NCBI GenBank assembly: GCA_002898295.1
Contig: BEHX01000001.1
Coordinates: 115,790 to 179,789, forward strand
DNA from: a bacterium HR21
GTDB lineage: Bacteria > Bacteroidota > Ignavibacteria > Kapaibacteriales > HRBIN21
Direction of reading: 5' to 3'
Length of the DNA: 64,000 bases
The notes under the pieces are model-generated. The model had not been told where the DNA came from. It worked only from the letters and a program-made list of their open reading frames with translations, and ran no database searches. Below, one piece after another: positions 8,854 through 19,441 of this stretch (position 1 is its first letter; every line of letters begins with the position of its first letter). A program made the translations under genes and the position numbers.

Positions 8854-10334
8854 TGGGGTGACCTCAGGCTGGAGGAGGAAAGATGGGCTTGCCGAGCGTC
8901 TCGGCGGCGGAGCACAAAGTAGATGGGCACACCGGCGGCAACCAGCACTAAACCGAGCACCGTTCGCATGAGAGGAATCTCCCCGCGAGCATAGGCTTGA
9001 AGATCTTCGGTGAGGTTGAGAACCACAAAAGCTGCAGCAAACATAGTGAATGCAAGCGGAACGAAAGGGTACCCCGGGACGCGCCATGGGCGCGGCGCTT
9101 CGGGGAATTTCCGTCGCAGCACGAAAATGCCGGCAGCACCAGCGGCGTAGAATCCCCAGCTGACAACGATGAGCATATCGGTCAGGATGTCGAACGTCCC
9201 GCTTATGACAAGGAGGCTTGCCCAGAGGGCTTGCAGCAGGAGGGCTCCGCTGGGGGTGTGGTAGCGCGGATGGACACGTCCGAAGAGTGCCGGCAGTCGT
9301 CCTTGTGCCGCCATTGCGTAGAAGAGCCGAGCGCTGGAGAGGATTGTCCCGTTTGTTGTCCCCAGGGTGGAGAGCATGACGGCGGCTGCAACGAAAGCAG
9401 CTCCGGCAGAGCCGAGCACCGCGCCGGCAGCCTCAACCCCAACGAGCTCCGACCGTGCCAGAACCTCAATAGGCAAGGCGCTTACGTAGCTTACGTTGAC
9501 CAGGAGGTAAATGCCCGTGACCATCAGCATGCCAACAACGAGCGCCCGTGGGATAGTGCGTTCTGCCGCGCGGATCTCTCCAGCAACGTAGGTGATGTTG
9601 TTCCACCCATCATATGCCCAGAATGCTCCAGCCAGAGCCGTGGCGAAAGCACCGATCAGTCCCCAGGAGCTGTTCGGTGGAGACAGCGCTGCGGATGTTC
9701 CCCCATGGGGCATCCCGAACCCCTCAGCAAGGGCAGAGAGTCCCATAGCCACGAGCATGAGGATAGCAGCAACCTTCAGGGCTGTTAGCACTACCTGAAC
9801 TCCGCCTCCGAGGTGCACACCGCGGTAGTTGATCGCTGTCAGCACAACGATGGCAGCGATTGTCAAGAGCTTGACTCCCGCATTCTCCAGCGGGTATATT
9901 GTCCCGATGCCCGGCAGCCAGGCTGCAAGGCGGTGTTCTACTGCAGCCGGGAAGCGCGGCAGAGGGATGAAGTACTGCGTGTGTTCGGCAAAGACGTAGG
10001 CAATCGAGGCGATAGAACCGGTCTGCACCACGCTAACCATCGCCCAGCCGTAGAGGTAGGCGAAGAAGTCCCCGTACATCGCCCGGAAGAAGACGTACTG
10101 TCCGCCGGTGTACGGGAGCATGCTGGCGATTTCTGCGTTGGTTAGCACGCCCAGGAGCGTCATCAAGCCTGCTACTGCCCATGCCAGCAGGAGGAGTTCT
10201 GCCGAACCCAGCTGTGCCGCCATGACAGAGGACTTCTTGAAAATGCCGGAGCCGATCACGCTCCCGATGACCAGCGCCAGGGCACTCCACCAGCCGAGTC
10301 GGCGAAGCAATGGCAAGGAAGCTGCCTGCTCCAT
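8850..10334 (-). CDS. APC-family amino acid permease
   Basis: About 12 TM helices and APC-type N-terminus (GSVIGSGIF). Its stop overlaps the start of the hybrid kinase (ATGA on the minus strand). Confidence 0.75.
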   Translation of the reverse strand: MEQAASLPLLRRLGWWSALALVIGSVIGSGIFKKSSVMAAQLGSAELLLLAWAVAGLMTLLGVLTNAEIASMLPYTGGQYVFFRAMYGDFFAYLYGWAMVSVVQTGSIASIAYVFAEHTQYFIPLPRFPAAVEHRLAAWLPGIGTIYPLENAGVKLLTIAAIVVLTAINYRGVHLGGGVQVVLTALKVAAILMLVAMGLSALAEGFGMPHGGTSAALSPPNSSWGLIGAFATALAGAFWAYDGWNNITYVAGEIRAAERTIPRALVVGMLMVTGIYLLVNVSYVSALPIEVLARSELVGVEAAGAVLGSAGAAFVAAAVMLSTLGTTNGTILSSARLFYAMAAQGRLPALFGRVHPRYHTPSGALLLQALWASLLVISGTFDILTDMLIVVSWGFYAAGAAGIFVLRRKFPEAPRPWRVPGYPFVPLAFTMFAAAFVVLNLTEDLQAYARGEIPLMRTVLGLVLVAAGVPIYFVLRRRDARQAHLSSSSLRSPQ

Positions 10335-10440
10335 GGAAGGCTCCCAGAGACAGGTGCGAAAATACGCGGACTCGCAGGGGAAGGAGCGGGGATCAGTGTT
10401 CGTAATTTCGCAGTTGGTTCAAAGACTGTCGGCGCCCTCG

Positions 10441-10800
10441 ATGGATGCCTACGTTCCGGTGCTGGTCATGATCGCCAGTGGCGTGCTCTTCGGGGTGACC
10501 AACCTCGTGGCAGCGGAGCTGCTCGGTCCGCGTCGTCCCAACTGGCGGAAGCTCACCACGTACGAGAGCGGGATGGAACCTATCCGGACTGCCCGCGAGC
10601 GCTTCTCGGTCAAGTTCTACATGGTGGCGATGGTCTTCATCGTGTTCGACATCGAGATTGTCTTCATGTACCCCTGGGCGGTGCAGTTTCGACAGTTGGG
10701 TACGGTGGGGTTGATCGGGATGGCGCTCTTCATCGCGGTGCTCCTGGTCGGACTTGTCTACGTCTGGCAGAAGGGCATTCTGGAGTGGAGCAGGGAATGA
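10441..10800 (+). CDS. nuoA: NADH-quinone oxidoreductase subunit A
   Basis: 119 aa with three TM helices and the NuoA C-terminal motif (FDIEIVFMYPWAV). The ORF track's N-terminal extension would overlap the divergent permease. Confidence 0.85.
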   Translation: MDAYVPVLVMIASGVLFGVTNLVAAELLGPRRPNWRKLTTYESGMEPIRTARERFSVKFYMVAMVFIVFDIEIVFMYPWAVQFRQLGTVGLIGMALFIAVLLVGLVYVWQKGILEWSRE

Positions 10801-10827
10801 AAAGCGGCCTTCCTTCGTCACATAGCT

Positions 10828-11448
10828 GTGAACTGTCTGTCAGGGGAAACCATGGGACCGCTCGGTGAGATCTTGCAGCGTGATGGCTTTCTGACCACAA
10901 CCGTAGAAGCGTTGGTCAAATGGGCGCAGCGCAATGCGCTCTGGCCGATGCCGTTGGGGATTTCGTGCTGTGCCATTGAGATGATGGCCTTTGCGGGTCC
11001 TCGCTTCGATGTCGCCCGGTTTGGTGCGGAGGTTTTCCGCTTCTCGCCTCGGCAGTCAGATCTGCTCATTGTGGCAGGGACGGTTACTTACAAGATGGCG
11101 TGGGTGGTGCGGAAGATCTACGACCAAATGCCTGAGCCGAAGTGGGTCATTTCCATGGGAGTCTGTGCCTCCACCGGGGGAATGTTCCGCAGCTACTCGG
11201 TGGTGCAGGGGATTGACCTATTCTTGCCGGTGGATGTCTACGTCTCGGGCTGTCCGCCGCGTCCGGAGGCGCTTATCAAAGCGCTGATGACTATCCAGGA
11301 GAAGATTCGCCGCCCAGAGTACCGCCCTGTCCTCATTGACGAGAGAGGGCGTGCCGAGGAGCTGCCTCAGCGGCTTCCCCGACGGTGGTACCTGGAACCG
11401 AGAGAGGTTGTGGAGGCAGCACCCCTGTCGGGCGGGGCTACCGCGTAG
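10828..11448 (+). CDS. nuoB: NADH-quinone oxidoreductase subunit B
   Basis: Fe-S cluster N2 ligand motifs ([26 protein letters not shown]). An alternative start is at 10849 (MGPLGE). Confidence 0.9.
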   Translation: MNCLSGETMGPLGEILQRDGFLTTTVEALVKWAQRNALWPMPLGISCCAIEMMAFAGPRFDVARFGAEVFRFSPRQSDLLIVAGTVTYKMAWVVRKIYDQMPEPKWVISMGVCASTGGMFRSYSVVQGIDLFLPVDVYVSGCPPRPEALIKALMTIQEKIRRPEYRPVLIDERGRAEELPQRLPRRWYLEPREVVEAAPLSGGATA

Positions 11449-13684
11449 ACGAGGAGGCAATAGACTGTGCCGGGCTGGCGGAAGCTGACACAGCGTCTTC
11501 GTGTCCGCTGGGGCATGGGACTGGCGACGAGAGGGGAAGCCGAATCGTAAAGCGTGTTCCTGCTCCGACCGTGCTTTCCACCTGAACTGTCCCGCCGTGG
11601 AGTTCGACGAAGTGCTTCACAATAGGTAAGCCCAGCCCTGTTCCCCTCTCTCCGGCGGTACCAGGGCGCTGGTGAGGTCCGAACTTCTCAAAGACATGGG
11701 GCAGATGTTCCGGTGGAATGCCAATGCCGGTATCCTCAACCTGGAGCTCTACAGCATCGGGAAGCGGGCGGATACGGAGCCAAATCTGCCCCCCGCTGGG
11801 AGTGAACTTGATGGCGTTGCTGAGCAGGTTATTGACCACCTGGGTGAGCTTGGGGGCGTCGAGCAAGGTCACTACCGGTGTTTCCGGGCACTCGAGAGTG
11901 AGCTTCACACCTTTCGAGCGTACGTTCCCCTCGAAGAGGCGGAGAGCGCCCCGGGCAAGCTCGCAGAGGTCTGTCGGGGAGAGCTGGAGCCGAACCCGAC
12001 CTGACTCCAGCCGGGCAACTTCCAAGAGGTCGTTGACCAGAGAAAGGAGCTGCTCGGTTGCCTCCTGGATGAGCTGGGCAAATTCTCGAACCAGTTCTGG
12101 GTTCTCCGCTTCTGCACCGCGCAACAGCTCAGCCAATCCTCGGATGCCGCTCAGTGGGGAGCGCAAGTCGTGGGAGACAATGGACATAATGCGGTCCTTC
12201 TCGGCGTTCCGCTCCCGTAGCTCTTCGTTTGCCTGTCGGAGTTCTTCGGCATATGTTTCCAGTGCCGTGCGGGCTTCGAGCAAGTCTTCTGTCAAGCGCT
12301 GGAGTTGGCGGTAGGCCTGCGTCCGTTCAAGGGCGGTCAGGAAGCTACTGGCGAACCACTCCAGCACCGTCCGCTCAACCGGGCTCCAGAGTCGTGTGCG
12401 GCTCCAGTCCTCGGCTCCAATGAAGCCCCAGAGCTGCCCGTAACGGGTTAGCGGGATCCACAAGAGAGAGGCAACCCCACGCTGGTGCCAGCAGGCAGGC
12501 ACTTCCTCCTGATAAGCTTCCACAATGGCAATGGCGCGGATGCGTTCGAGGAGCTCGGCGCACCCTTCCCTCCAGCAGTTCTCCTGAAAGCTTGCCTCCA
12601 CGGCAGGGCGGAGCTCTTCCTGGTGCACCCAGAGCCCAACGAGCTGGGCTGTGTTTTCCACAAGCGCAACCAGGTAGAGGGCATCAGTGTTGAGCACTTC
12701 CGCTAACTGGGCAGCAAGCTCGGGGAAATGGCGTTCGGGTTCAAGCTCAGCCAGGAGCTGCCGGACAATGCGCACGGTGGCGTTGGAGAGCGCCTCCTGG
12801 TACTGGAGCACCTCCATCTGGTGGTGCTGGGTAGTGACGTCCCGGAAGAGGGCTCGAGTAACGAGCTCCCCCGTGATGGGATCGGGATGGACGGTCACAT
12901 TCCCGCTGACGTAGAGTTCCTCGCCGTGCTTGGTGAGGAAGACGGTCTCCACATTGAATAGCTGCCGGTCTTGGAAAGCGCGTTCGAAAAGGTATCGGCA
13001 CTTCGGCAGCTGGTCCGGGCGGAGGATATCCCAGATACGCAGCTGCTGGAGCTCCTCGTCACTGTAGCCCATCACTTGACGCCAGTACCGGTTGACGTAC
13101 ACGAAGCGCCCGTCAGCAGCGACAGACTGGATGAGGTCGGGCATGTGCTCGACGAGCTCCCGGTACCGCGTTTCGCTCAGCTGCAGCTGGTGAAAGAGGC
13201 GAAGGCGGTGGGCAGCATCGCGCCAGTATATGAGGAGAATGCCCGGCAGGATGAGGGCAAGCACCAGGGCAACCCCGAAGAGAAGCGTCTGCTGGGTATC
13301 CAGCCGTTGAATCTCTGCCAGGAGCTTGAGTTGGTAGTCCCCGATAGCGGCTATCTCACGGCGGCAAGCGGTGAGGAACTCTGCCGCCGGAAAGGAACCC
13401 AGCGCAGAAAGAAACTCCGGTGTTCCTCGGTAAGGGGTTGGACGGGAGCGGGTCAGGAAGGCTTTCAGCGCGTGCTGGTGTCTTGCTGTCCACTCCGGAG
13501 CTGCTGTGGTGGAGTCCCGGTAGCGGGAAATGCTGATGATGTCGTTGCCATTTTCCCGAAGCTCTCGCTGCTGCTGGTGTTTGCGCACCAGATTCCATAC
13601 TCCCCCGACAACCAGCCCTGTGACAGCGGCGGTAACCAGGACCAGTACCCACGGCTGCCGTATGAGACGCCGGATCGGGGGCAT
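11438..13684 (-). CDS. sensor histidine kinase with N-terminal TM anchor and PAS/GAF-type domains
   Basis: HisKA H-box (HDLRSPL) and HATPase motifs (NAIKFT, DTGIGI, GTGLGL); PAS-like segment ([12 protein letters not shown]). Its 3' end overlaps the nuoB 3' end (convergent). Confidence 0.8.
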   Translation of the reverse strand: MPPIRRLIRQPWVLVLVTAAVTGLVVGGVWNLVRKHQQQRELRENGNDIISISRYRDSTTAAPEWTARHQHALKAFLTRSRPTPYRGTPEFLSALGSFPAAEFLTACRREIAAIGDYQLKLLAEIQRLDTQQTLLFGVALVLALILPGILLIYWRDAAHRLRLFHQLQLSETRYRELVEHMPDLIQSVAADGRFVYVNRYWRQVMGYSDEELQQLRIWDILRPDQLPKCRYLFERAFQDRQLFNVETVFLTKHGEELYVSGNVTVHPDPITGELVTRALFRDVTTQHHQMEVLQYQEALSNATVRIVRQLLAELEPERHFPELAAQLAEVLNTDALYLVALVENTAQLVGLWVHQEELRPAVEASFQENCWREGCAELLERIRAIAIVEAYQEEVPACWHQRGVASLLWIPLTRYGQLWGFIGAEDWSRTRLWSPVERTVLEWFASSFLTALERTQAYRQLQRLTEDLLEARTALETYAEELRQANEELRERNAEKDRIMSIVSHDLRSPLSGIRGLAELLRGAEAENPELVREFAQLIQEATEQLLSLVNDLLEVARLESGRVRLQLSPTDLCELARGALRLFEGNVRSKGVKLTLECPETPVVTLLDAPKLTQVVNNLLSNAIKFTPSGGQIWLRIRPLPDAVELQVEDTGIGIPPEHLPHVFEKFGPHQRPGTAGERGTGLGLPIVKHFVELHGGTVQVESTVGAGTRFTIRLPLSSPVPCPSGHEDAVSASASPAQSIASSSTR

Positions 13685-13719
13685 TGCAGTTCAGATATAT
13701 CGGGCGGAGCCGACAGAAC

Positions 13720-15279
13720 TCAAGTCAGCTTCTCGCTGACGCTCTTGCCTTGCAGGAAAAGGAGGAGGTAGTCCGGTCCGCCGGCTTTGGAGTCTGTCCC
13801 GCTCATGTTGAAGCCGCCGAAGGGATGCCCGCCCACGAGTGCTCCGGTACACTTGCGGTTGAAGTAGAGGTTGCCTACGTGGAATTCTTCCCGTGCCATC
13901 CGGAGCTTGTCAGGGTTGCGGGAATAGACCGACCCAGTCAGCCCGTAGATCGTCCCGTTGGCAATACGGAGTGCATCCACGAAGCTATTCGCCTTGATGA
14001 CCGCCAGGACGGGACCGAAGATTTCCTCTTGGGCAATCCGAGCCCGCGGAGGGACGTTGACGAAGACGGTCGGTTCGATGTAGTGCCCGTCGAGGTCACC
14101 GACGGGATTGCCACCGAGGAAGAGCTTGGCTTCCTTCTTCCCGATGGCGATGTAGGAGAGGATGCTCTCTTTGGCACGCTCGGAGATGACTGGACCGACG
14201 TCGAAGTTGTCCGCGGGGTCACCGATGCGCAGGGCGTGGACTGCCGGTTTGAGGCGGTGGAGGAATTCCTCATAGACGGCTTTGTCCACAATGGCGCGGG
14301 AGCATGCCGAGCATTTCTGCCCCTGGTAGCCGTAGGCAGAGACCACAACACCCTGGACAGCGGCATCGAGGTCTGCCTCGGAATCCACGATAATGGCATC
14401 TTTGCCTCCCATTTCCAGGATGGTGCGCTTGATCCACAGTTGCCCGGGTTGCCGCTTGGCAGCCAGTTCATGGATGTGCAACCCAACTTCCATCGAACCG
14501 GTGAAGGCGATAAAGCGCGTGCGGGGGTGCGCCACGAGGAAGTCGCCGATATTGCTGCCGCTGCCGATGACGAGGTTGAGGACACCATCGGGCAGACCCA
14601 CGCTGCGGAAGATATCTGCCAGCAACCAGCCCATCATGGGGGATTCTGAGGAGGGCTTGACTACCACGGTGTTCCCGGCGGCGATAGCAGCCGAGGTCAT
14701 GCCCGTCAGAATCGCCAGCGGGAAATTCCACGGTGGGATGATGACGCCAGCACCCAAGGGGATGTAGAAGTACTCGTTGCGTTCCCCCGGAACTGGGGTC
14801 ACAGGCTGCGGCTGGGCGTAGCGGATGGCTTCCCGGGCGTAGTATTCCAGGAAGTCAATTGCCTCGCACGTATCGGCATCGGCTTCGGCGTAGTTTTTCC
14901 CCACCTCGCAGATCATCCAGGCGTTGAGCTCCAGGCGCCGGCGGCGCATCTCTTGGGCAGCCTTCAGGAGGTACTGGGCACGCTCTTCTGCTGGGACACG
15001 CTTCCACTCCTCAAATGCCCGCCAGGCAGCCTGGAGTGCTCGCTCGGCATCGCGCTGAGTGGCTTTCTGGAAAACGCCGATCACCTCGTGTGGATGGGCG
15101 GGATTGAATGACGGGAGCTTTTCCCGGTTGTAGACTTCCTTGCCGTCGATCAGATTCGGGTACTCCTGCCCGAGCTGCTTGCGGACTTCCTCGATGGCTT
15201 TCCGCTGTTTGCGCACGTTTTCCGGCTTGCTAAAGTCGAGGTGCGGCTCGTTCCGGAAGGGCTTCAGACGGAGTGCCAT
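13720..15279 (-). CDS. pruA: 1-pyrroline-5-carboxylate / L-glutamate gamma-semialdehyde dehydrogenase (ALDH family)
   Basis: ALDH catalytic motifs (ELGGKD-like EMGGKD; FxxQGQxCxA as GYQGQKCSA). Family and length fit PruA/RocA. Start chosen at MALRLKPF. Confidence 0.75.
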   Translation of the reverse strand: MALRLKPFRNEPHLDFSKPENVRKQRKAIEEVRKQLGQEYPNLIDGKEVYNREKLPSFNPAHPHEVIGVFQKATQRDAERALQAAWRAFEEWKRVPAEERAQYLLKAAQEMRRRRLELNAWMICEVGKNYAEADADTCEAIDFLEYYAREAIRYAQPQPVTPVPGERNEYFYIPLGAGVIIPPWNFPLAILTGMTSAAIAAGNTVVVKPSSESPMMGWLLADIFRSVGLPDGVLNLVIGSGSNIGDFLVAHPRTRFIAFTGSMEVGLHIHELAAKRQPGQLWIKRTILEMGGKDAIIVDSEADLDAAVQGVVVSAYGYQGQKCSACSRAIVDKAVYEEFLHRLKPAVHALRIGDPADNFDVGPVISERAKESILSYIAIGKKEAKLFLGGNPVGDLDGHYIEPTVFVNVPPRARIAQEEIFGPVLAVIKANSFVDALRIANGTIYGLTGSVYSRNPDKLRMAREEFHVGNLYFNRKCTGALVGGHPFGGFNMSGTDSKAGGPDYLLLFLQGKSVSEKLT

Positions 15280-15283
15280 GAGT

Positions 15284-17800
15284 TCAGTGCGTGCTGTGGG
15301 ACACATCCGATCCCGGTGTCACAAGCTCAGCGTTGTATCCGCGCTCGTGGAGCACGCGGAGCACAGCGGCTGTGACATCGCTATCGGCTTCAACGGACAA
15401 GAGTTTGTCGGGATGCTCTAGCTGAACCTGCCAGCGGCGAATCCCGGGAATCTGTTCCAAGGCAGAGCTGATAGCAGCAACGCAACCTTGGCAGTGCAAA
15501 GTGGTACGGAAGACAAAGCGGTGCATGGATGGTGACCTCTGTACGGTTAGTCGACGCAGGCGCAAACTATTGAGAACGACGGACATAGAGCTTAGCCCCA
15601 TGGCAATACCGGCAACCATCGGGGTCAGCAGCAGACCGGTGAAGGGATAGAGCAGTCCGGCAGCAAGGGGGAGAGCAAGCACGTTGTAGGCGAATGCCCA
15701 TCCGAGGTTCTGTGCAATCGTGCGGCGCAGGGCGCGGGAGAGCTGCCAGGCGAAGACGAGCCGGTGGATGTTGCCCCCACTCAGGACGAGCGAGGCAGTC
15801 TCCAGCGCTACGTCGATGCCTGTGCCGACGGCAACGCCGACGTCGGCAACGGCAAGCGCTGGAGCGTCATTGATGCCGTCTCCGACAACCACGACGCGAT
15901 GTCCCTGCTGCTGGAGCAAGCGGACGTACTCGGCTTTCTCCTGGGGCAAGACACGAGCTCGGACGTGCGTGATCCCTACAGCGCGGGCAACACGCTCGGC
16001 TGCCTCAGGCTGGTCGCCAGTCAGCATATGGAGCGCAATGCCGCGCTGGCGGAAAAATGCCGTTGCTTCAACAGCTCCAGGGCGGAGAGCATCGGCAAAG
16101 GCGAAGGCTGCCACAACGTGCTCATTGACGGCGGCGACAACGGTGGTATAGCCCTGCTGGTGCCACTGCTGCAGCTGATGTTCAAGGAAATCAGGCAGCC
16201 GAATACCGGAGTCCCGGAGGAACTCCGGGCTTCCGACCCGGTAGAGCTCGCCTGCAATGCGTCCGCTGACGCCCCGCGCCGGGATGCTGACGAAATCCTC
16301 TACCTCCGGGAGCTCGGCAGCTGAGACACGCAGTGTCGGCAGCAATGCCCGTGCCAGTGGGTGCTCCGAGCGCACTTCGAGTGCAGCCAATGCACGCCGC
16401 CGCTCGGGGGTGTCCTCAAACCAGCGGTCGTCCACAAGGCGCGGAGCGCCCTCGGTCAGGGTACCGGTTTTGTCCAACACGATTGCCGTACAGCGGGAAA
16501 GCTGCTCCAGCGCTGTGGGATCTTTGACCAGTACGCCCTCTTCGGCAGCTCGTCCAATGCCGATGAGGAATGCTAAGGGAGTTGCCAATCCGAGGGCGCA
16601 GGGGCAGGCAATCAAGAGCACGGAGATGCCCGTCAGCAGGGCATACGACAGGCGCGGTTCTGGTCCACTGCTCAGCCACACTGCGATGGTCAGCGCTGCC
16701 ACGAGGAGAACGCTCGGGACGAAGACAGCAGCGATGCGATCCACCAGCCGGTGGATCGGTGCCTTGTGGCTTTGGGCGTGCCGGATGAGTTCGATAATGT
16801 GCGCCAACACAGTGGCGTGCCCGACTTGCTCGGCGCGCAGCAGGAAGCTCCCCGTGGTGTTGAGTGTGCCTGCCCAGACACGCATGCCGGGGAGTTTCTC
16901 CACAGGGAAAGGCTCGCCGGTGAGGGCACTTTCGTCGACAGCAGAGCTGCCTTCAAGGACAATGCCATCGACAGGAATGCGTTCCCCGGGGCGGATACGA
17001 ATGCGGTCGCCCGGCTGCAAGAGCTCAATGGGGACATCATCCTCCCTGCCGTTGAGCACACGGCGAGCCGTTCGGGGCTGGAGTGCGAGCAGGCGTTCGA
17101 TCGCGCGGGACCCCTCCAGGCGAGCCCGTTCCTCAAGGAAGCGCCCGAGCAAGACGGCGGCAATAACCGCGGCAGCGGCTTCGTAGTAGAGCGGTGGCTC
17201 CATGCCCAGAGCGGTGAAACTCTGCGGTGCAAGGGTTGCCCAGAGGCTGAGCAGCACAGCGGCACCGCTGCCGAGGGCGATGAGGGTGTCCATCGTGGCG
17301 CGCCCATGCCGAGCCTGTTTCCAGGCATTCAGGAAAAACTCCCGTCCTGCCCAGAGTGCCGGCAGGGTAAGCACCAGGAGCAACAGCGCCGGGACCTGCC
17401 CATGAAAGCCCATTGAGAGCACCCCCACCGGAATAGCCCCGCTAAGAGCTAGCCAGAGACGGCGTCGAAGGGAGGCAAGCTGTTCCTCATGGGTGATTCG
17501 TGAAGGGGGCTGTGTCAGCGCAAGGTCGTAGCCCAGCTGCTGGAGCAGGCGGCGTAGCTCCGCCGGCGTGTAGCGCTGGGCATCGTACGTGATGGTCAGC
17601 GTCTGGGCTGCGAAATTGACCTCGGCGGCATGGATGCCGGGCTGCGCACGGAGGAAGCTCTGGATGCTCTGCGCACAGCTGGCACAGTGCATCCCGCGGA
17701 CGGCGTACACTTCCGTCCGCTCCTCTGGAGGCGTCAGGGTAGGAGCCGCTCCGTCACTGGGGACGGTATCGGCAGCACTTGGGGAGCTTCGCATAGGCAT
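15284..17800 (-). CDS. copA: copper-translocating P1B-type ATPase with N-terminal and C-terminal HMA-like metal-binding domains
   Basis: N-terminal GMHCASCA; transmembrane CPC; DKTGTLT; GDGINDAP; C-terminal [11 protein letters not shown] domain. Start at MPMRSS (17800, alternative 17794). It overlaps the upstream HMA gene by about 45 nt in a different frame. Confidence 0.85.
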   Translation of the reverse strand: MPMRSSPSAADTVPSDGAAPTLTPPEERTEVYAVRGMHCASCAQSIQSFLRAQPGIHAAEVNFAAQTLTITYDAQRYTPAELRRLLQQLGYDLALTQPPSRITHEEQLASLRRRLWLALSGAIPVGVLSMGFHGQVPALLLLVLTLPALWAGREFFLNAWKQARHGRATMDTLIALGSGAAVLLSLWATLAPQSFTALGMEPPLYYEAAAAVIAAVLLGRFLEERARLEGSRAIERLLALQPRTARRVLNGREDDVPIELLQPGDRIRIRPGERIPVDGIVLEGSSAVDESALTGEPFPVEKLPGMRVWAGTLNTTGSFLLRAEQVGHATVLAHIIELIRHAQSHKAPIHRLVDRIAAVFVPSVLLVAALTIAVWLSSGPEPRLSYALLTGISVLLIACPCALGLATPLAFLIGIGRAAEEGVLVKDPTALEQLSRCTAIVLDKTGTLTEGAPRLVDDRWFEDTPERRRALAALEVRSEHPLARALLPTLRVSAAELPEVEDFVSIPARGVSGRIAGELYRVGSPEFLRDSGIRLPDFLEHQLQQWHQQGYTTVVAAVNEHVVAAFAFADALRPGAVEATAFFRQRGIALHMLTGDQPEAAERVARAVGITHVRARVLPQEKAEYVRLLQQQGHRVVVVGDGINDAPALAVADVGVAVGTGIDVALETASLVLSGGNIHRLVFAWQLSRALRRTIAQNLGWAFAYNVLALPLAAGLLYPFTGLLLTPMVAGIAMGLSSMSVVLNSLRLRRLTVQRSPSMHRFVFRTTLHCQGCVAAISSALEQIPGIRRWQVQLEHPDKLLSVEADSDVTAAVLRVLHERGYNAELVTPGSDVSHSTH

Positions 17801-18143
17801 CGTCAGGGGCTGGAATCTCTTCCGTATCGTGCCCGACAGCTGCGAGGCGCTCCTGGATGGTCCGCCGGTTGAGACGCTCGGGGTCGTATGTGACAACGAG
17901 GCGTTTGGAGGCAACATCCCACTCTGCCTGGGAAACCCCTTCGAGTTCCCGGAGCGTCTGCTCAATGCGCTTCTTGCAGTGCTTACAGCGCCCAGCAACC
18001 GCAATGGTGTCGGTGCGCAGCACCACGGGCTGTGGAGCAAGAGCAGGCTCAGGAGCCTGTCGTGATGGGGGTTCCGGACTCTGTTGCTGTGCCAGCACTG
18101 CGCCGGAGAAGAGAAGGCAGCAGAAGAACATGCGCAGCGTCAT
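17754..18143 (-). CDS. secreted or periplasmic heavy-metal-associated (HMA) domain protein, copper chaperone-like
   Basis: Signal peptide [23 protein letters not shown] fold with a CxxC site ([12 protein letters not shown]). Confidence 0.65.
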   Translation of the reverse strand: MTLRMFFCCLLFSGAVLAQQQSPEPPSRQAPEPALAPQPVVLRTDTIAVAGRCKHCKKRIEQTLRELEGVSQAEWDVASKRLVVTYDPERLNRRTIQERLAAVGHDTEEIPAPDDAYAKLPKCCRYRPQ

Positions 18144-18243
18144 TGGGAAAACCTCGGCTTCTGTTGTCCTGACCGAGAGCGGTGACGATGCTTGAGAAAA
18201 GACAGTGTGAGCTGAGGGCATGGAGTCTGGGGGCATTTTCTGC

Positions 18244-18251
18244 TAATTTTG
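18244..18251 (+). promoter_or_regulatory. Bacteroidota-type -7 promoter element (TAATTTTG, consensus TAnnTTTG) upstream of ldh
   Basis: Exact match to the TAnnTTTG consensus, 37 nt upstream of the ldh ATG in the divergent intergenic region. Confidence 0.3.
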
Positions 18252-18287
18252 TCGCTGTGCGACCGGTGTGGGAGCCTCAGGGAAGGA

Positions 18288-19373
18288 ATGGGCATCTTTG
18301 ACGCGGTACAGCTTTACGGGCATGAGCAGGTGGTCTTCTGCTCGGAGCCGGCAGTTGGATTGCGCGCGATTATCGCCATCCATGACACGACGTTGGGACC
18401 TGCTCTCGGGGGTGTCCGGATGTGGATGTACCGGGATGAGGAGGAAGCACTCACCGATGTTCTGCGCCTTTCCCGAGCGATGACCTACAAGGCAGCTGTT
18501 GCCGGACTCAATCTCGGGGGCGGGAAGGCAGTCATTATCGGAGACCCGCGAACGCAGAAATCCGAAGCTCTCTTCCGTGCCTTCGGGCGCTTCGTGGAGT
18601 CCCTCGGCGGACGGTACATTACGGCGGAAGATGTCGGGACAACAACGGCGGAGATGGAGTGGATCCGAATGGAGACACGCTACGTCACCGGTGTTCCGGG
18701 GCGGAGCGGTGATCCTTCGCCTTTCACGGCACATGGGGTCTACTACGGCATGAAGGCGTGTGCCAAGGTGGTCTTCGGAGCCGATTCGCTGGCGAATCGG
18801 ACGATCGTGGTGCAGGGAGCTGGCAACGTTGCCCGCCATTTGGTCGAACACCTCCTGCGGGAAGGGGCGCATGTCTACGTTGCCGACATTTTCCCGGAGA
18901 AGGCTCAGCAGCTCTGCCATGACATTGGCGGAACGCCCGTTGAGGCAGACGCTGTCTACGATATCCCGTGCGACATTTTCTCCCCCAACGCGCTGGGGGG
19001 TGTGCTCAACGAGGAGACCATTCCCCGGCTGCGGTGTGCCATTGTCGCAGGGGCGGCGAACAATCAACTGCGGGAGGAGCACGCCGATGCGCAGCGGCTC
19101 CACGACCGTGGCATCCTCTATGCTCCCGACTATGTCATCAATGCCGGTGGGCTGATGAACGTCGCGGCAGAGCTGGAAGGGACCTACGACCCTCGCCGTG
19201 TCCTGGAGAAGGCGAGCGATATTTACAACACCCTCCTGAAGCTGTTCCGCATGGCACGGGAGCGCAATCTGCTTCCGACCGAGGCAGCGGCTGCGATTGC
19301 TGAAGAGCGTCTGGCAGCGATTCGCTCGCTGCGGGTCATGTCCCATGCTCGGGTATGCCCATCTCTTCCATGA
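18288..19373 (+). CDS. Glu/Leu/Phe/Val dehydrogenase family enzyme (leucine dehydrogenase-like)
   Basis: GGGK catalytic motif (LNLGGGKAVI) and Rossmann motif (VQGAGNVA); about 360 aa. A GGAAGG sequence lies just upstream of the ATG at 18288. Confidence 0.8.
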   Translation: MGIFDAVQLYGHEQVVFCSEPAVGLRAIIAIHDTTLGPALGGVRMWMYRDEEEALTDVLRLSRAMTYKAAVAGLNLGGGKAVIIGDPRTQKSEALFRAFGRFVESLGGRYITAEDVGTTTAEMEWIRMETRYVTGVPGRSGDPSPFTAHGVYYGMKACAKVVFGADSLANRTIVVQGAGNVARHLVEHLLREGAHVYVADIFPEKAQQLCHDIGGTPVEADAVYDIPCDIFSPNALGGVLNEETIPRLRCAIVAGAANNQLREEHADAQRLHDRGILYAPDYVINAGGLMNVAAELEGTYDPRRVLEKASDIYNTLLKLFRMARERNLLPTEAAAAIAEERLAAIRSLRVMSHARVCPSLP

Positions 19374-19441
19374 CGCCCCGTATGTCATCCCGCCGTCGGC
19401 AAGCTCCTGAAGGACTCCAGGCGGCTTTCCCTTTGCGCCGG

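Noticed and set aside
10108-10440. Long N-terminal extension of the nuoA ORF (start at 10108)
   Set aside because: It would overlap the 5' end of the divergent permease gene by >200 nt and has low-complexity composition. NuoA is ~120 aa, and the Met at 10441 gives the canonical length.
17754-18040. Possible programmed frameshift fusing the HMA chaperone to CopA (as in E. coli copA/CopA(Z))
   Set aside because: The small protein is encoded upstream in its own ORF with its own signal peptide, and no slippery heptamer is evident at the overlap. A simple gene overlap is the more parsimonious reading.
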